Below, one piece after another: positions 10,447-20,825 of a stretch of 64,000 bases of DNA; within the stretch, counting starts at the first letter, position 1, and each line of letters begins with the position of its first letter. The stretch covers positions 124,001-188,000 of the IMG/VR virus record IMGVR_UViG_3300035665_000001. One strand, 5' to 3'. Under the pieces are notes generated by a model that ran no database searches, was not told where the DNA came from, and worked only from the letters and a program-made list of their open reading frames with translations. A program made the translations under genes and the position numbers.

Positions 10447-10755
10447 AATAATTTTCCTTTGTAGATATTTTATTTTTCAATGTATATATATTTATTTATT
10501 ATTCATATTGAAAGACCTCAAACTTTAGTTGAAGGTTGATGGATAGTTTTGTAGTTAATTTGTGAAAATAATTGACTTTTTGCATGAATATTTTTCAATT
10601 GTGGTATAATTAGTAATAAATCAGTAATTCTGATTTTGGATAACTGTATATTAATATGAATACTTGTTAGTCTTGGAAACAAGCAGTGGAATCACCATTC
10701 TTTAGATTATTTAATGTAGAATAATAGAAAATGTATAATGCACAAGGAGAAATCG

Positions 10756-11157
10756 ATGCCCAATAAAAAATTTGAAATTCAATTAACACCTCAAAATGAT
10801 GAGTGGATAAACTTAATTCCAAACCCAACACAAAATATGGATGTTATCTTTAACAAAATTGTTGATTTGGTAATCAACGAAGGTATTTTTTTAGAGGTAA
10901 TTTCACAGTCACTAACATTGAATGACTTATCAAAATTTAAAATGACATATGCTAAAATGCAAGCAACTCGGGCAAAACATATGCTAGATTTGGAAATAAC
11001 ACCCACTCAAACTGAAAGAAAGAAAATAACACAAATAAAAACTGTAGAAGTGGAAAAAGAAATTATTATCCCAGATGAAATTAAAGTTCCTGTGGAAACT
11101 AAGATTGAGAAAAAAGAAAAGAAAATGTCTCATGGGTTTTCAGAAGAAAGCTTCTGA
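10756..11157 (+). CDS. Hypothetical protein
   Basis: AGGAG RBS before ATG 10756. Confidence 0.65.
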   Translation: MPNKKFEIQLTPQNDEWINLIPNPTQNMDVIFNKIVDLVINEGIFLEVISQSLTLNDLSKFKMTYAKMQATRAKHMLDLEITPTQTERKKITQIKTVEVEKEIIIPDEIKVPVETKIEKKEKKMSHGFSEESF

Positions 11158-11194
11158 TTGGATATAATTGATTTTTTAAACATAGGAGAAAAAT

Positions 11195-11644
11195 ATGGAT
11201 TTGAAATTAGAGGAACGTTTTAATACAGAAGAACTGAATGAAATAAGAAAACGGGTATTTTCATTTGCCGATCAGATGTTTTTGGAAGGAGTTTCAGTTG
11301 GTCGTGAATTAAATAGAGATTTGATATATGGTGAAACCGAACAATTTGTTCGAGATAAATTATCTGCAATGACTGCATATTTTGTTACAGATTCATTATG
11401 GACTGCAATGCCACCACACGGTTATAATCCTGATCCATCCGTTGATATTCCAAAACCTAGTGATGCCGTAGCATCGACATTTGGAAAATCTATAAAAAGA
11501 TCTATTACTGGAGAATGTAACGCACAACAAAAACCCGAAGATGTTGGTTTGGTTTCGGAAGAAAAACCTGATTGGGTTAAAGAAGTTGAGAAAGCTGGGT
11601 TGCTTCGTGAAGGTGTAGATGTTAACACGTTGGAAAACCTATAA
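11195..11644 (+). CDS. Hypothetical protein
   Basis: AGGAG RBS; 149 aa. Confidence 0.7.
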   Translation: MDLKLEERFNTEELNEIRKRVFSFADQMFLEGVSVGRELNRDLIYGETEQFVRDKLSAMTAYFVTDSLWTAMPPHGYNPDPSVDIPKPSDAVASTFGKSIKRSITGECNAQQKPEDVGLVSEEKPDWVKEVEKAGLLREGVDVNTLENL

Positions 11645-11676
11645 CATCACGATATTTTAGTAAGGTTGTCAAATGT

Positions 11677-11710
11677 ATTGGTGGTTTAACTAATTGATTA
11701 AACCACCAAT
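11677..11710. terminator. Hairpin between convergent genes
   Basis: ATTGGTGGTTTAA...TTAAACCACCAAT. Confidence 0.7.
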
Positions 11711-11713
11711 CAT

Positions 11714-12502
11714 TTAAAAAAATAAGTTTTGTAATTTATCTGGTAATAAATGGGTATTGTTAGTTTTTAATGCATATTTTAGCATATCAGGATAATCTTT
11801 CCAAAAATCACCATCATATCTGTCTACTAATTCATTATCTACAATTAATTTTGGTGATGTAACTTGACCAATTATCATAGAATCATGTATTTTTTCTAAT
11901 TCTGTTATTGCATTATGATTATCCGTGTTTAATGCTACGGTAAATGGACTTTCACCTTTTTTATTTAATGGATTAATAATTGTTTGTTTGGCTAAACTAA
12001 AAAATAAAGATAAATATGGAGTATATAAATTTATACCTGATAAAATATGCAATATATGAGTACCTGTTATACTTTGAGAATTTACATTGATATTTTTATG
12101 TGATATGACAATTTCAAACATTTTATTTGGGTTAAGTGAATTTAAAGCACTTTTCATAAGATTGAAATCGGCAGATCTTTTTTCTGTAGTTTTGTGGTGT
12201 TCTAGCATCGTTTCAATGGTCATTGAATAATCATGTGTCGCTGTTTTTGAAACCGATATTGCAACTTCGATAGGTGATAAAAAGTTACTACCACCAACAT
12301 CAACATTGCATCCTTGATCGATGAATTGAGTTACCTTTTGTAATAATTTTATTTTATCAAGATCCGAATATATTAATGCTTCTAAAAGTGTTATTTTATT
12401 GGCAACTCCTTCTATACTTGAAATATCGATAGTTATATCAGGTTTTATATTACCATTTTTTAATTGTTCTAACCATTGATCAATTTGTTCAATTGAAAAC
12501 AT
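11714..12502 (-). CDS. Ankyrin-repeat protein 1 with C-terminal LPDKLQNLFF tag
   Basis: GCNVDV..SPIEVA, NINVN...G.HILHIL, NPLNKKGESPFTVA repeats. Confidence 0.8.
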   Translation of the reverse strand: MFSIEQIDQWLEQLKNGNIKPDITIDISSIEGVANKITLLEALIYSDLDKIKLLQKVTQFIDQGCNVDVGGSNFLSPIEVAISVSKTATHDYSMTIETMLEHHKTTEKRSADFNLMKSALNSLNPNKMFEIVISHKNINVNSQSITGTHILHILSGINLYTPYLSLFFSLAKQTIINPLNKKGESPFTVALNTDNHNAITELEKIHDSMIIGQVTSPKLIVDNELVDRYDGDFWKDYPDMLKYALKTNNTHLLPDKLQNLFF

Positions 12503-12540
12503 TATTTTTCTCCTTTATAATAAATTGTTAATGTTATTCC

Positions 12541-13305
12541 TCAGAATAAAAGGTTTTGTATTTTTTCTGGCAATAAAAATTTTTTTTCTGATTTAACTGC
12601 GTATGTTAACATTGCTGGGTAATCTTTCCAAAAGTTACCAATATATCTGTCCACAATTTCATATTTCACAATGTGTACTGGTGATTTACCATCATAACCT
12701 ATTAACATTGCGTGTTTGTTTTGTTTCCAGGCTAATATTGTAGCAGTGTTGGTGTTTAATAATGCAACAGTCATTGGACTATATCCATCCTTATTTATTG
12801 GATTAACATCAATATCAGGTCTAAGAGTTAGAATATCGTTAAGATGTTCAACATAATATGCCACTGCAGATAATATATGTAAAATATGAGTATTGTCATC
12901 TATAGAAATTGTGTTAACATTGATGTTTTCATTTGTTACTACTAAATTAAACATAATATTTGCATGTAATGCACCTAACGAACATTTCATAATATTTAAA
13001 TCGTTTTCGTGTTTTTTGTGGTGAGATAATAATAATCTGATTAGATCAACATAATCATTATCCTCAGACCAAAAAATTGCAGTTTCAATAGCAGAACAAC
13101 CGACTTGTACACCATCCACATCACAACCAAGTGATATAAGTTTTTCAATTAGTTTAATTTTTTCATTTGGTGATACATTTGTTACTCGTATAGCTGCATC
13201 AAGTAAGGTTGTTTGAAATTCCGTATCAACCATAAAATCGGGGGTAATCTTATGCTCTTCTAAATCTGAAATCCATCCATTAAGTTCTGTTAAGGTAATA
13301 ATCAT
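12541..13305 (-). CDS. Ankyrin-repeat protein 2 with C-terminal LPEKIQNLLF tag
   Basis: Paralog of its neighbours; DVNPINKDGYSPMTVA. Confidence 0.8.
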   Translation of the reverse strand: MIITLTELNGWISDLEEHKITPDFMVDTEFQTTLLDAAIRVTNVSPNEKIKLIEKLISLGCDVDGVQVGCSAIETAIFWSEDNDYVDLIRLLLSHHKKHENDLNIMKCSLGALHANIMFNLVVTNENINVNTISIDDNTHILHILSAVAYYVEHLNDILTLRPDIDVNPINKDGYSPMTVALLNTNTATILAWKQNKHAMLIGYDGKSPVHIVKYEIVDRYIGNFWKDYPAMLTYAVKSEKKFLLPEKIQNLLF

Positions 13306-13342
13306 TTTTTCACCAATGCTTTTAAATATTCAAATAGGGGTG

Positions 13343-14131
13343 TTAAAAAAACACATTTTTTAATTTTTCTGGTAGTTGATTAAATTTACCATTTTTATAG
13401 GCATAATTTAACATTTTTGGATATTTTTTCCAAAAATCTCCAAAATATCTATCAACTAAATTGTTGTCTATAATGTCAGTTTCAGCACCAGTAAAATTTC
13501 CAATAATCATGGTATATTTTCTTTTTTGTAGTTCCCTGACTGCAACATAATTTTTTATGTTTAATGCCACTGTGAATGGACTATTACCATTGTTATCTAG
13601 TGGGTTTAGATGTACATCTGGTGCATAAGAAAATAAATCGCCAATGAATGCTGCGTGATGTTCAGATTCAACTAAAATATGTAAAATATGTTGGTTGTTA
13701 CTATTTAATGCGTTTACATCCACTTGTTTATTTGATACCACAAGTTTAAATCTGGAATCTGGATCGTAAGAATTTATTGCCGTTATCATTAGACTAAAAT
13801 CTGATTCTTGTGTGGAATTATGTTTTCTTAACATCATATTTAATATAGATGTATTTATAACATCATCTTTTAACTGTAGTGCAATTTCTAATGGTGATCT
13901 ATAATTTTTATCATTTAAACTAGCATAATTAACACCATCAACATCACAACCAAAATCTAATAATTGTTTTATTACGTCAAATTTGACATTTACAGGCTCA
14001 TTACTCAAAATAATACTTTCAAGCATAGTAATGTCACCTTTACTACTACCTATAATTGCTTTATTTGGCTTTAATTCACCAGTTCGCAACATTTCAATCC
14101 ACGAATCAAAATACTTTTTGTTAAAACTCAT
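13343..14131 (-). CDS. Ankyrin-repeat protein 3 with C-terminal LPEKLKNVFF tag
   Basis: Paralog; start at MSFNKK (GAAGG RBS) removes the overlap with the upstream gene. Confidence 0.8.
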   Translation of the reverse strand: MSFNKKYFDSWIEMLRTGELKPNKAIIGSSKGDITMLESIILSNEPVNVKFDVIKQLLDFGCDVDGVNYASLNDKNYRSPLEIALQLKDDVINTSILNMMLRKHNSTQESDFSLMITAINSYDPDSRFKLVVSNKQVDVNALNSNNQHILHILVESEHHAAFIGDLFSYAPDVHLNPLDNNGNSPFTVALNIKNYVAVRELQKRKYTMIIGNFTGAETDIIDNNLVDRYFGDFWKKYPKMLNYAYKNGKFNQLPEKLKNVFF

Positions 14132-14141
14132 ATGCATACCT

Positions 14142-14912
14142 TCAAAATAAAAGACTTGAAATTTTAGGTGGTAGCATATCAAATTTCCCAAATTTATATG
14201 CATATTGTAACATATCTGGATGATCTTTCCAAAAATCCCCATTATATCTATCAACTAATTCATAATGTATTATCTTTTTTGGGTCATTTACTTTTCCAAT
14301 TATTCTGCATTTTATATTGTGTTTTAATGCAGAAATTGCAGATGAATCATCTATGTTGATTGCCAATGTTAATGGACTTTCACCTTCGGAATTTAGTGGA
14401 TTGGATATTGTTTTTGGGTTATCCAAAATTAAATTAACAAACGTTGGGTTATAGATTCCTTCATAAATCATAATATGTAATATGTAATCACCATATATTG
14501 TTTTTTCATTTGTGTTTATATTATCACTACCAACAATTACAGGGAATAATGCTTCTGCATGTGGTGATTTAAACGACGTTTTTATTATTTCTAAATCTAA
14601 ATGGTTAGATTTATGGTGTTGTAACATTAGATATACAACATCTGTATAGTTCATGGTTTGCATAATTGCTCGCTCTATTGGGGTAAATACCCCTTCTGCA
14701 TCAACATCACACCCCAATTCAATTAACTTTTCTACTCTATCTAATAATTCCTTTTTAGTTAATTTACTGCTTATTGCAGCATCTAATAAATTTACGGAAT
14801 TCTTATTTCCCAAACTAACTAACTTATTTGGGTTCATTACACCGCTTTTTATTTTTTTTATCCATTCATCAATTTGTTCTGGAGTATAAACTGTAACTGT
14901 GTTCTTTGTCAT
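14142..14912 (-). CDS. Ankyrin-repeat protein 4 with C-terminal LPPKISSLLF tag
   Basis: Paralog; GCDVDAEG..TPIERA, NPLNSEGESPLTLA. Confidence 0.8.
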   Translation of the reverse strand: MTKNTVTVYTPEQIDEWIKKIKSGVMNPNKLVSLGNKNSVNLLDAAISSKLTKKELLDRVEKLIELGCDVDAEGVFTPIERAIMQTMNYTDVVYLMLQHHKSNHLDLEIIKTSFKSPHAEALFPVIVGSDNINTNEKTIYGDYILHIMIYEGIYNPTFVNLILDNPKTISNPLNSEGESPLTLAINIDDSSAISALKHNIKCRIIGKVNDPKKIIHYELVDRYNGDFWKDHPDMLQYAYKFGKFDMLPPKISSLLF

Positions 14913-14931
14913 TTTATTGCCTTTTGTGAAT

Positions 14932-15795
14932 TCAAATTATATCGCTGATAAAAAATATGTTTCGAATATTTTCTGGTAATGTTTCGGGAATATAAGTCAA
15001 AATTAATTTTATTAATGTTGGTTCTAATTTTATAACATTTTTTACCTGTGTACTGTTGATTTTATCAATCCATACATCTTTACCATCAATAAATTGTAAG
15101 ATGTAATCTTTATTAATTCCTTCCCCGCTAGTAATATAATCATAGACATCTTTTGAACCATTAGTTAAGGCTTCCAATGCTATTCGCTGAACATCACCTA
15201 ATCTTGTCAAACTACTTGTGTTCATTTCACCGTACTGAGAATATTCATAGCCCATGTTTCGAAATAAATTTTCACGATTCTTGTTTTTTTCTGAAAAATT
15301 AAAAATTTCTTTTATGAAATCTAAATCATTATGTTTTGCTGCAATGATACACACTAGATGTAAGAACCCATTATCTCTAATATTTCCCGATTTATGTAAA
15401 TTTCTTAAATTATTTCCAAAACATTTGTCGTTGATACCATACTTATCCATAAATTGAATAATATCTTTTAAGGTTTTAGTTTCCCCACCACTAATTGCGT
15501 GTGATACTGCCGATTGTAATTTTATATTTAAAGATGCGAATAGAATGTTTAACTTTTTTTCTTCATCACGACAATACGCCATAAGTTCCGGTAATATATC
15601 TTTATCCGAAACATTACTAGCCCCGTATTTTGTTTCTAATGATTTTTTAATTTTTTCAAATTTATCATCATAAGACTGATAGTTTGATAAAATTTTTGAA
15701 ATTTCATCCCCAATATTTTCGACACCTGAAAAATTATCTCTTGCATGTTTTTCCTGTGATGAAATTTTTTTAATATTTTTAGTTGCTGTATTCAT
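14932..15795 (-). CDS. Helical (possibly degenerate ankyrin) protein with LPENIRNIFF tag
   Basis: Member of the array; near-terminal motif. Confidence 0.6.
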   Translation of the reverse strand: MNTATKNIKKISSQEKHARDNFSGVENIGDEISKILSNYQSYDDKFEKIKKSLETKYGASNVSDKDILPELMAYCRDEEKKLNILFASLNIKLQSAVSHAISGGETKTLKDIIQFMDKYGINDKCFGNNLRNLHKSGNIRDNGFLHLVCIIAAKHNDLDFIKEIFNFSEKNKNRENLFRNMGYEYSQYGEMNTSSLTRLGDVQRIALEALTNGSKDVYDYITSGEGINKDYILQFIDGKDVWIDKINSTQVKNVIKLEPTLIKLILTYIPETLPENIRNIFFISDII

Positions 15796-15816
15796 AATTT
15801 GTGTCGATTGATTGAG

Positions 15817-16725
15817 TTAAAAAAACAAATTTTTTATTTTTTCCGGTAAATATCTATTATCTTTTGTAATCTTATATAACAATTTACTCACTATTGGGGA
15901 TTGAATATCAACTATGCGTTTTAACCATGGTGTGTAATCTTCTTCAGCAAATTTACCCAATTCTATTAAATTGCAGAATAATATTCCTGTTTCTGTTGTA
16001 TAATAATTTCTTATTAGTGATGCTAAAGTATCCATAGCTTGTTTATCGGTAGATAAAACGGTTTCATACTTTTTCATAATATCGTCGATTGTTTCACCAC
16101 CATTGAAAAATAATATTTCACTTGGAAATGTTTTAATCGCTGATAACATCATTCGAAATAATTCAGGCGAATAATTTGCATCAACCAGAGAATAGTAAAA
16201 ATGTAAGTCTTTAAGTGTTCGGAAAATTGCCCATGACTTATCAGGACTTATTGATTTAGCCTGTTTAACCAATTCTTTTTTAAAAAAGAATTCCATATCA
16301 GAAAACCAAGGTTTTTCCGAGAGAGCCGTAAACCAATGTCCAGAACCGCCACCATCATAGTTCAACACTGCGTAAACTAATATTCCAATGTCATAATTAT
16401 TAAATCTGATTTTATCATTCAGTGAAATATTTTTGTACATGAACTTATAACTCCAGGGTGGTTTATTTTTCCCTTTTATGAGTTTATTGAATTCATTAAA
16501 TATCACCGACCAAATAAATTCACAGTTTTCCGTGTTGTTTGCTATACCGGATGCATATTCATATAATGCTTCATTTTTTGAATTTCGCAGTAATCCTCTC
16601 ACAAACTCAGCTTTTTGTATATAATGAGTATCCTTTAAACTGTCATTACATAATTTAATAAATTCGATTGGGTTTTTGGGTGAATGTAGTTTTTTAGCTT
16701 TTTCACCAGCTTCAAGGTAATCCAT
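15817..16725 (-). CDS. Hypothetical helical protein with LPEKIKNLFF tag
   Basis: GGAG RBS; terminal motif. Confidence 0.65.
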   Translation of the reverse strand: MDYLEAGEKAKKLHSPKNPIEFIKLCNDSLKDTHYIQKAEFVRGLLRNSKNEALYEYASGIANNTENCEFIWSVIFNEFNKLIKGKNKPPWSYKFMYKNISLNDKIRFNNYDIGILVYAVLNYDGGGSGHWFTALSEKPWFSDMEFFFKKELVKQAKSISPDKSWAIFRTLKDLHFYYSLVDANYSPELFRMMLSAIKTFPSEILFFNGGETIDDIMKKYETVLSTDKQAMDTLASLIRNYYTTETGILFCNLIELGKFAEEDYTPWLKRIVDIQSPIVSKLLYKITKDNRYLPEKIKNLFF

Positions 16726-16736
16726 ATTATCTCCAT

Positions 16737-17591
16737 TTAAAAGAAAATTAGATTTTTAACCTTTTCAGGTAAAAAATCGACATTTTTAGTTTTGTTATAT
16801 AATAATTTTTTTATATCATCTGGACAGTTTGGATTTTTACAAAAGTTTAGAATAGTAGCTATTCTAAAATTCGACATCATTGATTGTGAACTTAAAACAC
16901 GAGTCAATAATTTCCCCAACTCTATTCCATTTGCTACTACTCGCCACTCTAAGTTGTGGTTAGTTAATAATGCTTCGACTAAATCATCTGTATCTAATGT
17001 TCGGATTTTCCAATCCTTTGCTTTATCACATACAGCTTCAAAGATTTTTGGCATTTTTAATAATCCTGGGTTTGATGCCATCATAATTAGATTTTTATCA
17101 GATTTTATATTTTTCAATAATATTTTTTCAGGTGCGTTAGGATGTTTGAAAAAATCTGCTCGTTGTCTTTCTAACCAACTTTTATCTACTTGTGGATTAT
17201 TTTTAGGTATTAGCGAACTATAAATTTCTTCTAATTGTTTTGGTGAGGTATGTTTTGATTTCCAAAATTTAAATGGTAGTCCTCTAGCTAAACCATTTTC
17301 CCATACGTCATCGAATAATTCTTTCGAACCATTATCAAATAATTTATAAGTGTCGTTGCCATAAATAATCAAAAATTTTTCAAGATTAATATTTGCCAGT
17401 TCTCTGATAATATCATCTGTACAGTTTTTTTCTTCCGATATTTTTAGATAAATTTCCCATGGAGTGTGGATACTTGTTCCAATTAAGTGGGTTGGGGTAT
17501 TTTTTATGGTTTTTACTAATTCTTCTAATTCAACATGAGAAATACTCGGATTTTTAAGTTTTTCATAGCAATCATCATACATATTTATCAT
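16737..17591 (-). CDS. Helical-repeat (LRV/HEAT-like) protein with LPEKVKNLIFF tag
   Basis: KHPNAP, SNPGL, TNHNL, KNPNCP repeats; terminal motif. Confidence 0.65.
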   Translation of the reverse strand: MINMYDDCYEKLKNPSISHVELEELVKTIKNTPTHLIGTSIHTPWEIYLKISEEKNCTDDIIRELANINLEKFLIIYGNDTYKLFDNGSKELFDDVWENGLARGLPFKFWKSKHTSPKQLEEIYSSLIPKNNPQVDKSWLERQRADFFKHPNAPEKILLKNIKSDKNLIMMASNPGLLKMPKIFEAVCDKAKDWKIRTLDTDDLVEALLTNHNLEWRVVANGIELGKLLTRVLSSQSMMSNFRIATILNFCKNPNCPDDIKKLLYNKTKNVDFLPEKVKNLIFF

Positions 17592-17634
17592 TTTTCGGAC
17601 CTTTTAACATTGTTCTAGACATATTATTATAATA

Positions 17635-17686
17635 TATTTATAGGTGTTTTTAATGTTCACTTTATTTTAAAAGGTCAGTATAAATA
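17635..17686. promoter_or_regulatory. Divergent T4-type late promoters (TATAAATA on both strands)
   Basis: TATAAATA on minus at 17635-17642 and on plus at 17679-17686; related ATAAATA precedes most structural genes. Confidence 0.7.
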
Positions 17687-17739
17687 TTATTTGAATAGTT
17701 TTAAATTATTAAGTTTTAATAACAAAAAGGAGATACAAA

Positions 17740-18555
17740 ATGGTTGATTCAATTTTTAAAAAAATGGGTAGTGTAGTTGCAACCGCTGTTGCAAATGAAG
17801 CATCTGCCAGACAGGCGGCAGTTACTACTTTAACCACTGCATTAGAAACTGCTAATACTAATAGACAAAATGCTATTTCAACTGAAGCATCTGCAAGACA
17901 AGCCGCAGATACTACTTTAACAAATAATCTTGCTTCTGAAGCAACTTCAAGAGCAACTGCTGATAACAATTTGACTACAGCTATCAATACCGAAAAAGCT
18001 AGAATTGATGCTATTTTATCAGCATCATCTGCTGATAAAGATTCATTTGCTGAAATTGTTACTTTGATTAACTCAGTTGATACTACTAATGATAACGCAT
18101 TCGCATCATATGTAACATCTAATAATGCAGCAGTCGCGGCATTAGATACTGCGTATAAAGCTGCTGATACTACATTAACTAATAATTTGGCATTAAAAGC
18201 ACCAATTGCAAACCCAACATTTACTGGTGTTGCAACTTTCGTAGGTATTAAAGAAACTAAAATTGCTATGTCAGCAAACAACATTGATTTAGCTACAGGG
18301 TCTGTATTCAGTAAAACTATTTCAGGTGCTACTACATTAACTATTTCAAATTCACCTACATCTGGTTTAGTAGGAACTTTTATTCTTAACCTTACTAATG
18401 GTGGTTCATCAACTATTACTTGGTTTAGTGGTATTAAATGGGTTGGTGGTACAGCTCCAACTTTAACAACTGCTGGTAGAGATAGATTGGGTTTCATTAC
18501 TGAAGATGGTGGTACAACTTGGGATGGTTTTGTAATGGGTAAAGATCTTAAATAA
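17740..18555 (+). CDS. Tail/whisker fibre shaft or adaptor protein (MVDSIFKK family)
   Basis: EASARQAAD coiled-coil repeats; KAPIANPTFTG; C-terminal ITW...KW.GG.APTLT..G.D...F.T.DGGTTW domain. Confidence 0.75.
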   Translation: MVDSIFKKMGSVVATAVANEASARQAAVTTLTTALETANTNRQNAISTEASARQAADTTLTNNLASEATSRATADNNLTTAINTEKARIDAILSASSADKDSFAEIVTLINSVDTTNDNAFASYVTSNNAAVAALDTAYKAADTTLTNNLALKAPIANPTFTGVATFVGIKETKIAMSANNIDLATGSVFSKTISGATTLTISNSPTSGLVGTFILNLTNGGSSTITWFSGIKWVGGTAPTLTTAGRDRLGFITEDGGTTWDGFVMGKDLK

Positions 18556-18565
18556 GGAGATTTTT

Positions 18566-19807
18566 ATGATTAAAGACATTATATTGTGTGCAAATACCCC
18601 AAAGGTATCTAGTGGAACTACATATGCGAGTAGTTCAAATACTACCGCTAGTACAAACCGTGGAACTCCAGTATCACAAGCCTTTAATACATCGGGATCA
18701 TATTTTATATTTGGGACAACATCTGCTGGAAACTACTTACAGGTATCATTTGGATTTGCAGTATCCGTTACACAGGTAACATATCGAAATGCTGTTGGTA
18801 GTAGCTGGGCACCAACAAGTGTAAAAATTAGGTATAGTAATGATGGCAGTACATGGAATGATGCTGTCACTTACTCTGATAACGCCAGTACATCTTTACA
18901 AACTATATCTGTATCTGGTGGTTCTGGTTCTTATTGGCAGTTATACCAAAATAGTAGCACTCGTGCTGGTAGTGGTGGTTATGAGTGGCACATGGATAGT
19001 TTTTCTATGACTGGTTCGTATGGATTAGTTAATGGTCAGATTTCTTATACTGTTCCAGGTACTTATACATGGGTTTGTCCGCAAGGAATAACTAGTGTTT
19101 GTGCAGTTGCTATTGGTGGTGGTAGTGGAGGCTGTCATTATACTGGTGGTGCTGGTGGCGGTTTATCTTACCAAAATAATATTTCTGTAACGCCAGGTCA
19201 ATCTTATACTGTAGTTGTAGGTGCAGGTGCGGTTGGTACAGGTTGGACTTATGGAAAAGGTGGCGATAGTAGTGTTTTTGGTATGGTTGCTGGTGGCGGT
19301 GGTACAATCGGAGGTTTAGGTTATAATTCTACTCCACCTGGTGGTGTTGGTAATGCTGGAACTGGTGGGTTAGGAGAGGGTTATTTTAGAAATAATTCTG
19401 TCTACAATGTTGGTGGTAGTGGTGCTGGTGGTTACGGATACAATGGTGGCGTAGGTACATATATCACTAGTTCACATGGTAATGGAAATGGTGGTGGTGG
19501 TACTGGTATTTTTGGTGGTACTGTTGGTGGATCTGGTGGTACATATGGGTTTGGTAATGCTGGATATACTGGAAGCGGTGGTGCTGGTGGATCTGGTGGT
19601 ACATCCGGTGGATTAGTAACTGGGTGGACAACAGACAGTAGTGCAAGTAGTGGTTCTGGTACACCTGGCAGTGGCGGTTTATACGGTGGTGGTGGTGGTT
19701 CTGGATGTGGATATGGGTATGTTAGTTCCACTGGTGGAAATGGTGCTATACGTATCATCTGGGGTGCTGGTCGTGCGTTCCCAAATACATTAACTGGAGA
19801 CTTATAA
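18566..19807 (+). CDS. Glycine-rich fibre/receptor-binding protein with discoidin-like N-terminal domain
   Basis: MIKDIIL leader; YLQV.F..V..V...YSNDG.TW; PGTYTWVCP...AIGGG; GGNGAIRIIWG. Confidence 0.75.
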   Translation: MIKDIILCANTPKVSSGTTYASSSNTTASTNRGTPVSQAFNTSGSYFIFGTTSAGNYLQVSFGFAVSVTQVTYRNAVGSSWAPTSVKIRYSNDGSTWNDAVTYSDNASTSLQTISVSGGSGSYWQLYQNSSTRAGSGGYEWHMDSFSMTGSYGLVNGQISYTVPGTYTWVCPQGITSVCAVAIGGGSGGCHYTGGAGGGLSYQNNISVTPGQSYTVVVGAGAVGTGWTYGKGGDSSVFGMVAGGGGTIGGLGYNSTPPGGVGNAGTGGLGEGYFRNNSVYNVGGSGAGGYGYNGGVGTYITSSHGNGNGGGGTGIFGGTVGGSGGTYGFGNAGYTGSGGAGGSGGTSGGLVTGWTTDSSASSGSGTPGSGGLYGGGGGSGCGYGYVSSTGGNGAIRIIWGAGRAFPNTLTGDL

Positions 19808-20091
19808 TGGATATGTATATTGAAGTTAACGATGGTGTTATTCATGGACATCCAATACTTGCAGATAATTTGGGTTATTTAGGGTTAGATCTACACAACT
19901 TACCAAGTAATTATGTAAAATATATCAGAGATGATCATTCTATCTCACCTACAAATGTAAAATCCGGGCAGTGGTTGGAGTATATTAAAGAATATAATCC
20001 TGAATTGGGGGTTGTATTTGAGTATGCTTTAGTTTTGGGAAATCCTGATTCTGATGCAAATCATATACCACCTGCATTACAAACAAATTAA
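19807..20091 (+). CDS. Putative fibre chaperone (paralog of 47086)
   Basis: MYIE..DGVIH.HPIL.DNL; coupled to the Gly-rich gene. Confidence 0.6.
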   Translation: MDMYIEVNDGVIHGHPILADNLGYLGLDLHNLPSNYVKYIRDDHSISPTNVKSGQWLEYIKEYNPELGVVFEYALVLGNPDSDANHIPPALQTN

Positions 20092-20111
20092 TTTTAAAAG
20101 GGAAAACTATT

Positions 20112-20627
20112 ATGCAAATTGCAATTATCGACAACGGTCAAGTCATTAAATTAGGCTACTATAAATCATTATTTCCAAATGTATCTTTTCCAACAACTGG
20201 ACCTGATGCAGAATTTTTACAAGCTAATTCGGCTTTAGAAGTTACTGTTTGGAAACCAACAACAGCAACACAAAAATTAGTTGCATCCGAACCTTATGTT
20301 GAAGGAAATTTTGTTTATACTGTTAGAGTAGAAGACAAAACTGCAGAAGAACTTGCTGCAGAAACAGCTTCAGTAGAAGCAAAAAAAGATGCACAAACAG
20401 TATCAATGAAACAAGCAAGAATTGCTCTTTCAAGACAAGGATTGTTAGATGATGTTACTGCTGCATTATCATTAATTGAAGGTCAAGTTGGTGAAGAAGC
20501 AAGAATTGCTTGGGAATTTGCTACAGAAGTAAAACGTGGTGATAAAGTGTTAAAATCTGTGGCTTATGCTTTAAGCTGGGATGAAAGTAAATTAGATGAA
20601 TTGTTTGAATTAGCTACAACAATTTAA
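20112..20627 (+). CDS. Tail-fibre assembly-like protein
   Basis: VSMKQARIAL...LLD.V, IAWEFATEV.R, LDELF..A motifs. Confidence 0.65.
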   Translation: MQIAIIDNGQVIKLGYYKSLFPNVSFPTTGPDAEFLQANSALEVTVWKPTTATQKLVASEPYVEGNFVYTVRVEDKTAEELAAETASVEAKKDAQTVSMKQARIALSRQGLLDDVTAALSLIEGQVGEEARIAWEFATEVKRGDKVLKSVAYALSWDESKLDELFELATTI

Positions 20628-20825
20628 TAATGTTAAAAAAATAAAACCCCATACAAACTTAATTGTTTTTATGGGGTTTTTCATGCCATCATCAAATCTT
20701 AAATTATTTCCGTGTAACCAAAAATCATATATTTTCAAAAATTTAACTGTCCTAACTGAGCGGATATGTCTTTCGGCAGGAGTGGATAAATAAGATTGAA
20801 ATAATAATTTAGAGGGATATGTTTT

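Noticed and set aside
14132-14254. Long overlap between ankyrin genes 3 and 4
   Set aside because: Paralog alignment and the RBS support a start at 14131
17709-19851. Antisense ORFs 17709-18497, 19110-19307, 19432-19851, 19467-19664
   Set aside because: Shadows of Ala/Thr- and Gly-rich codon repeats on the coding strand
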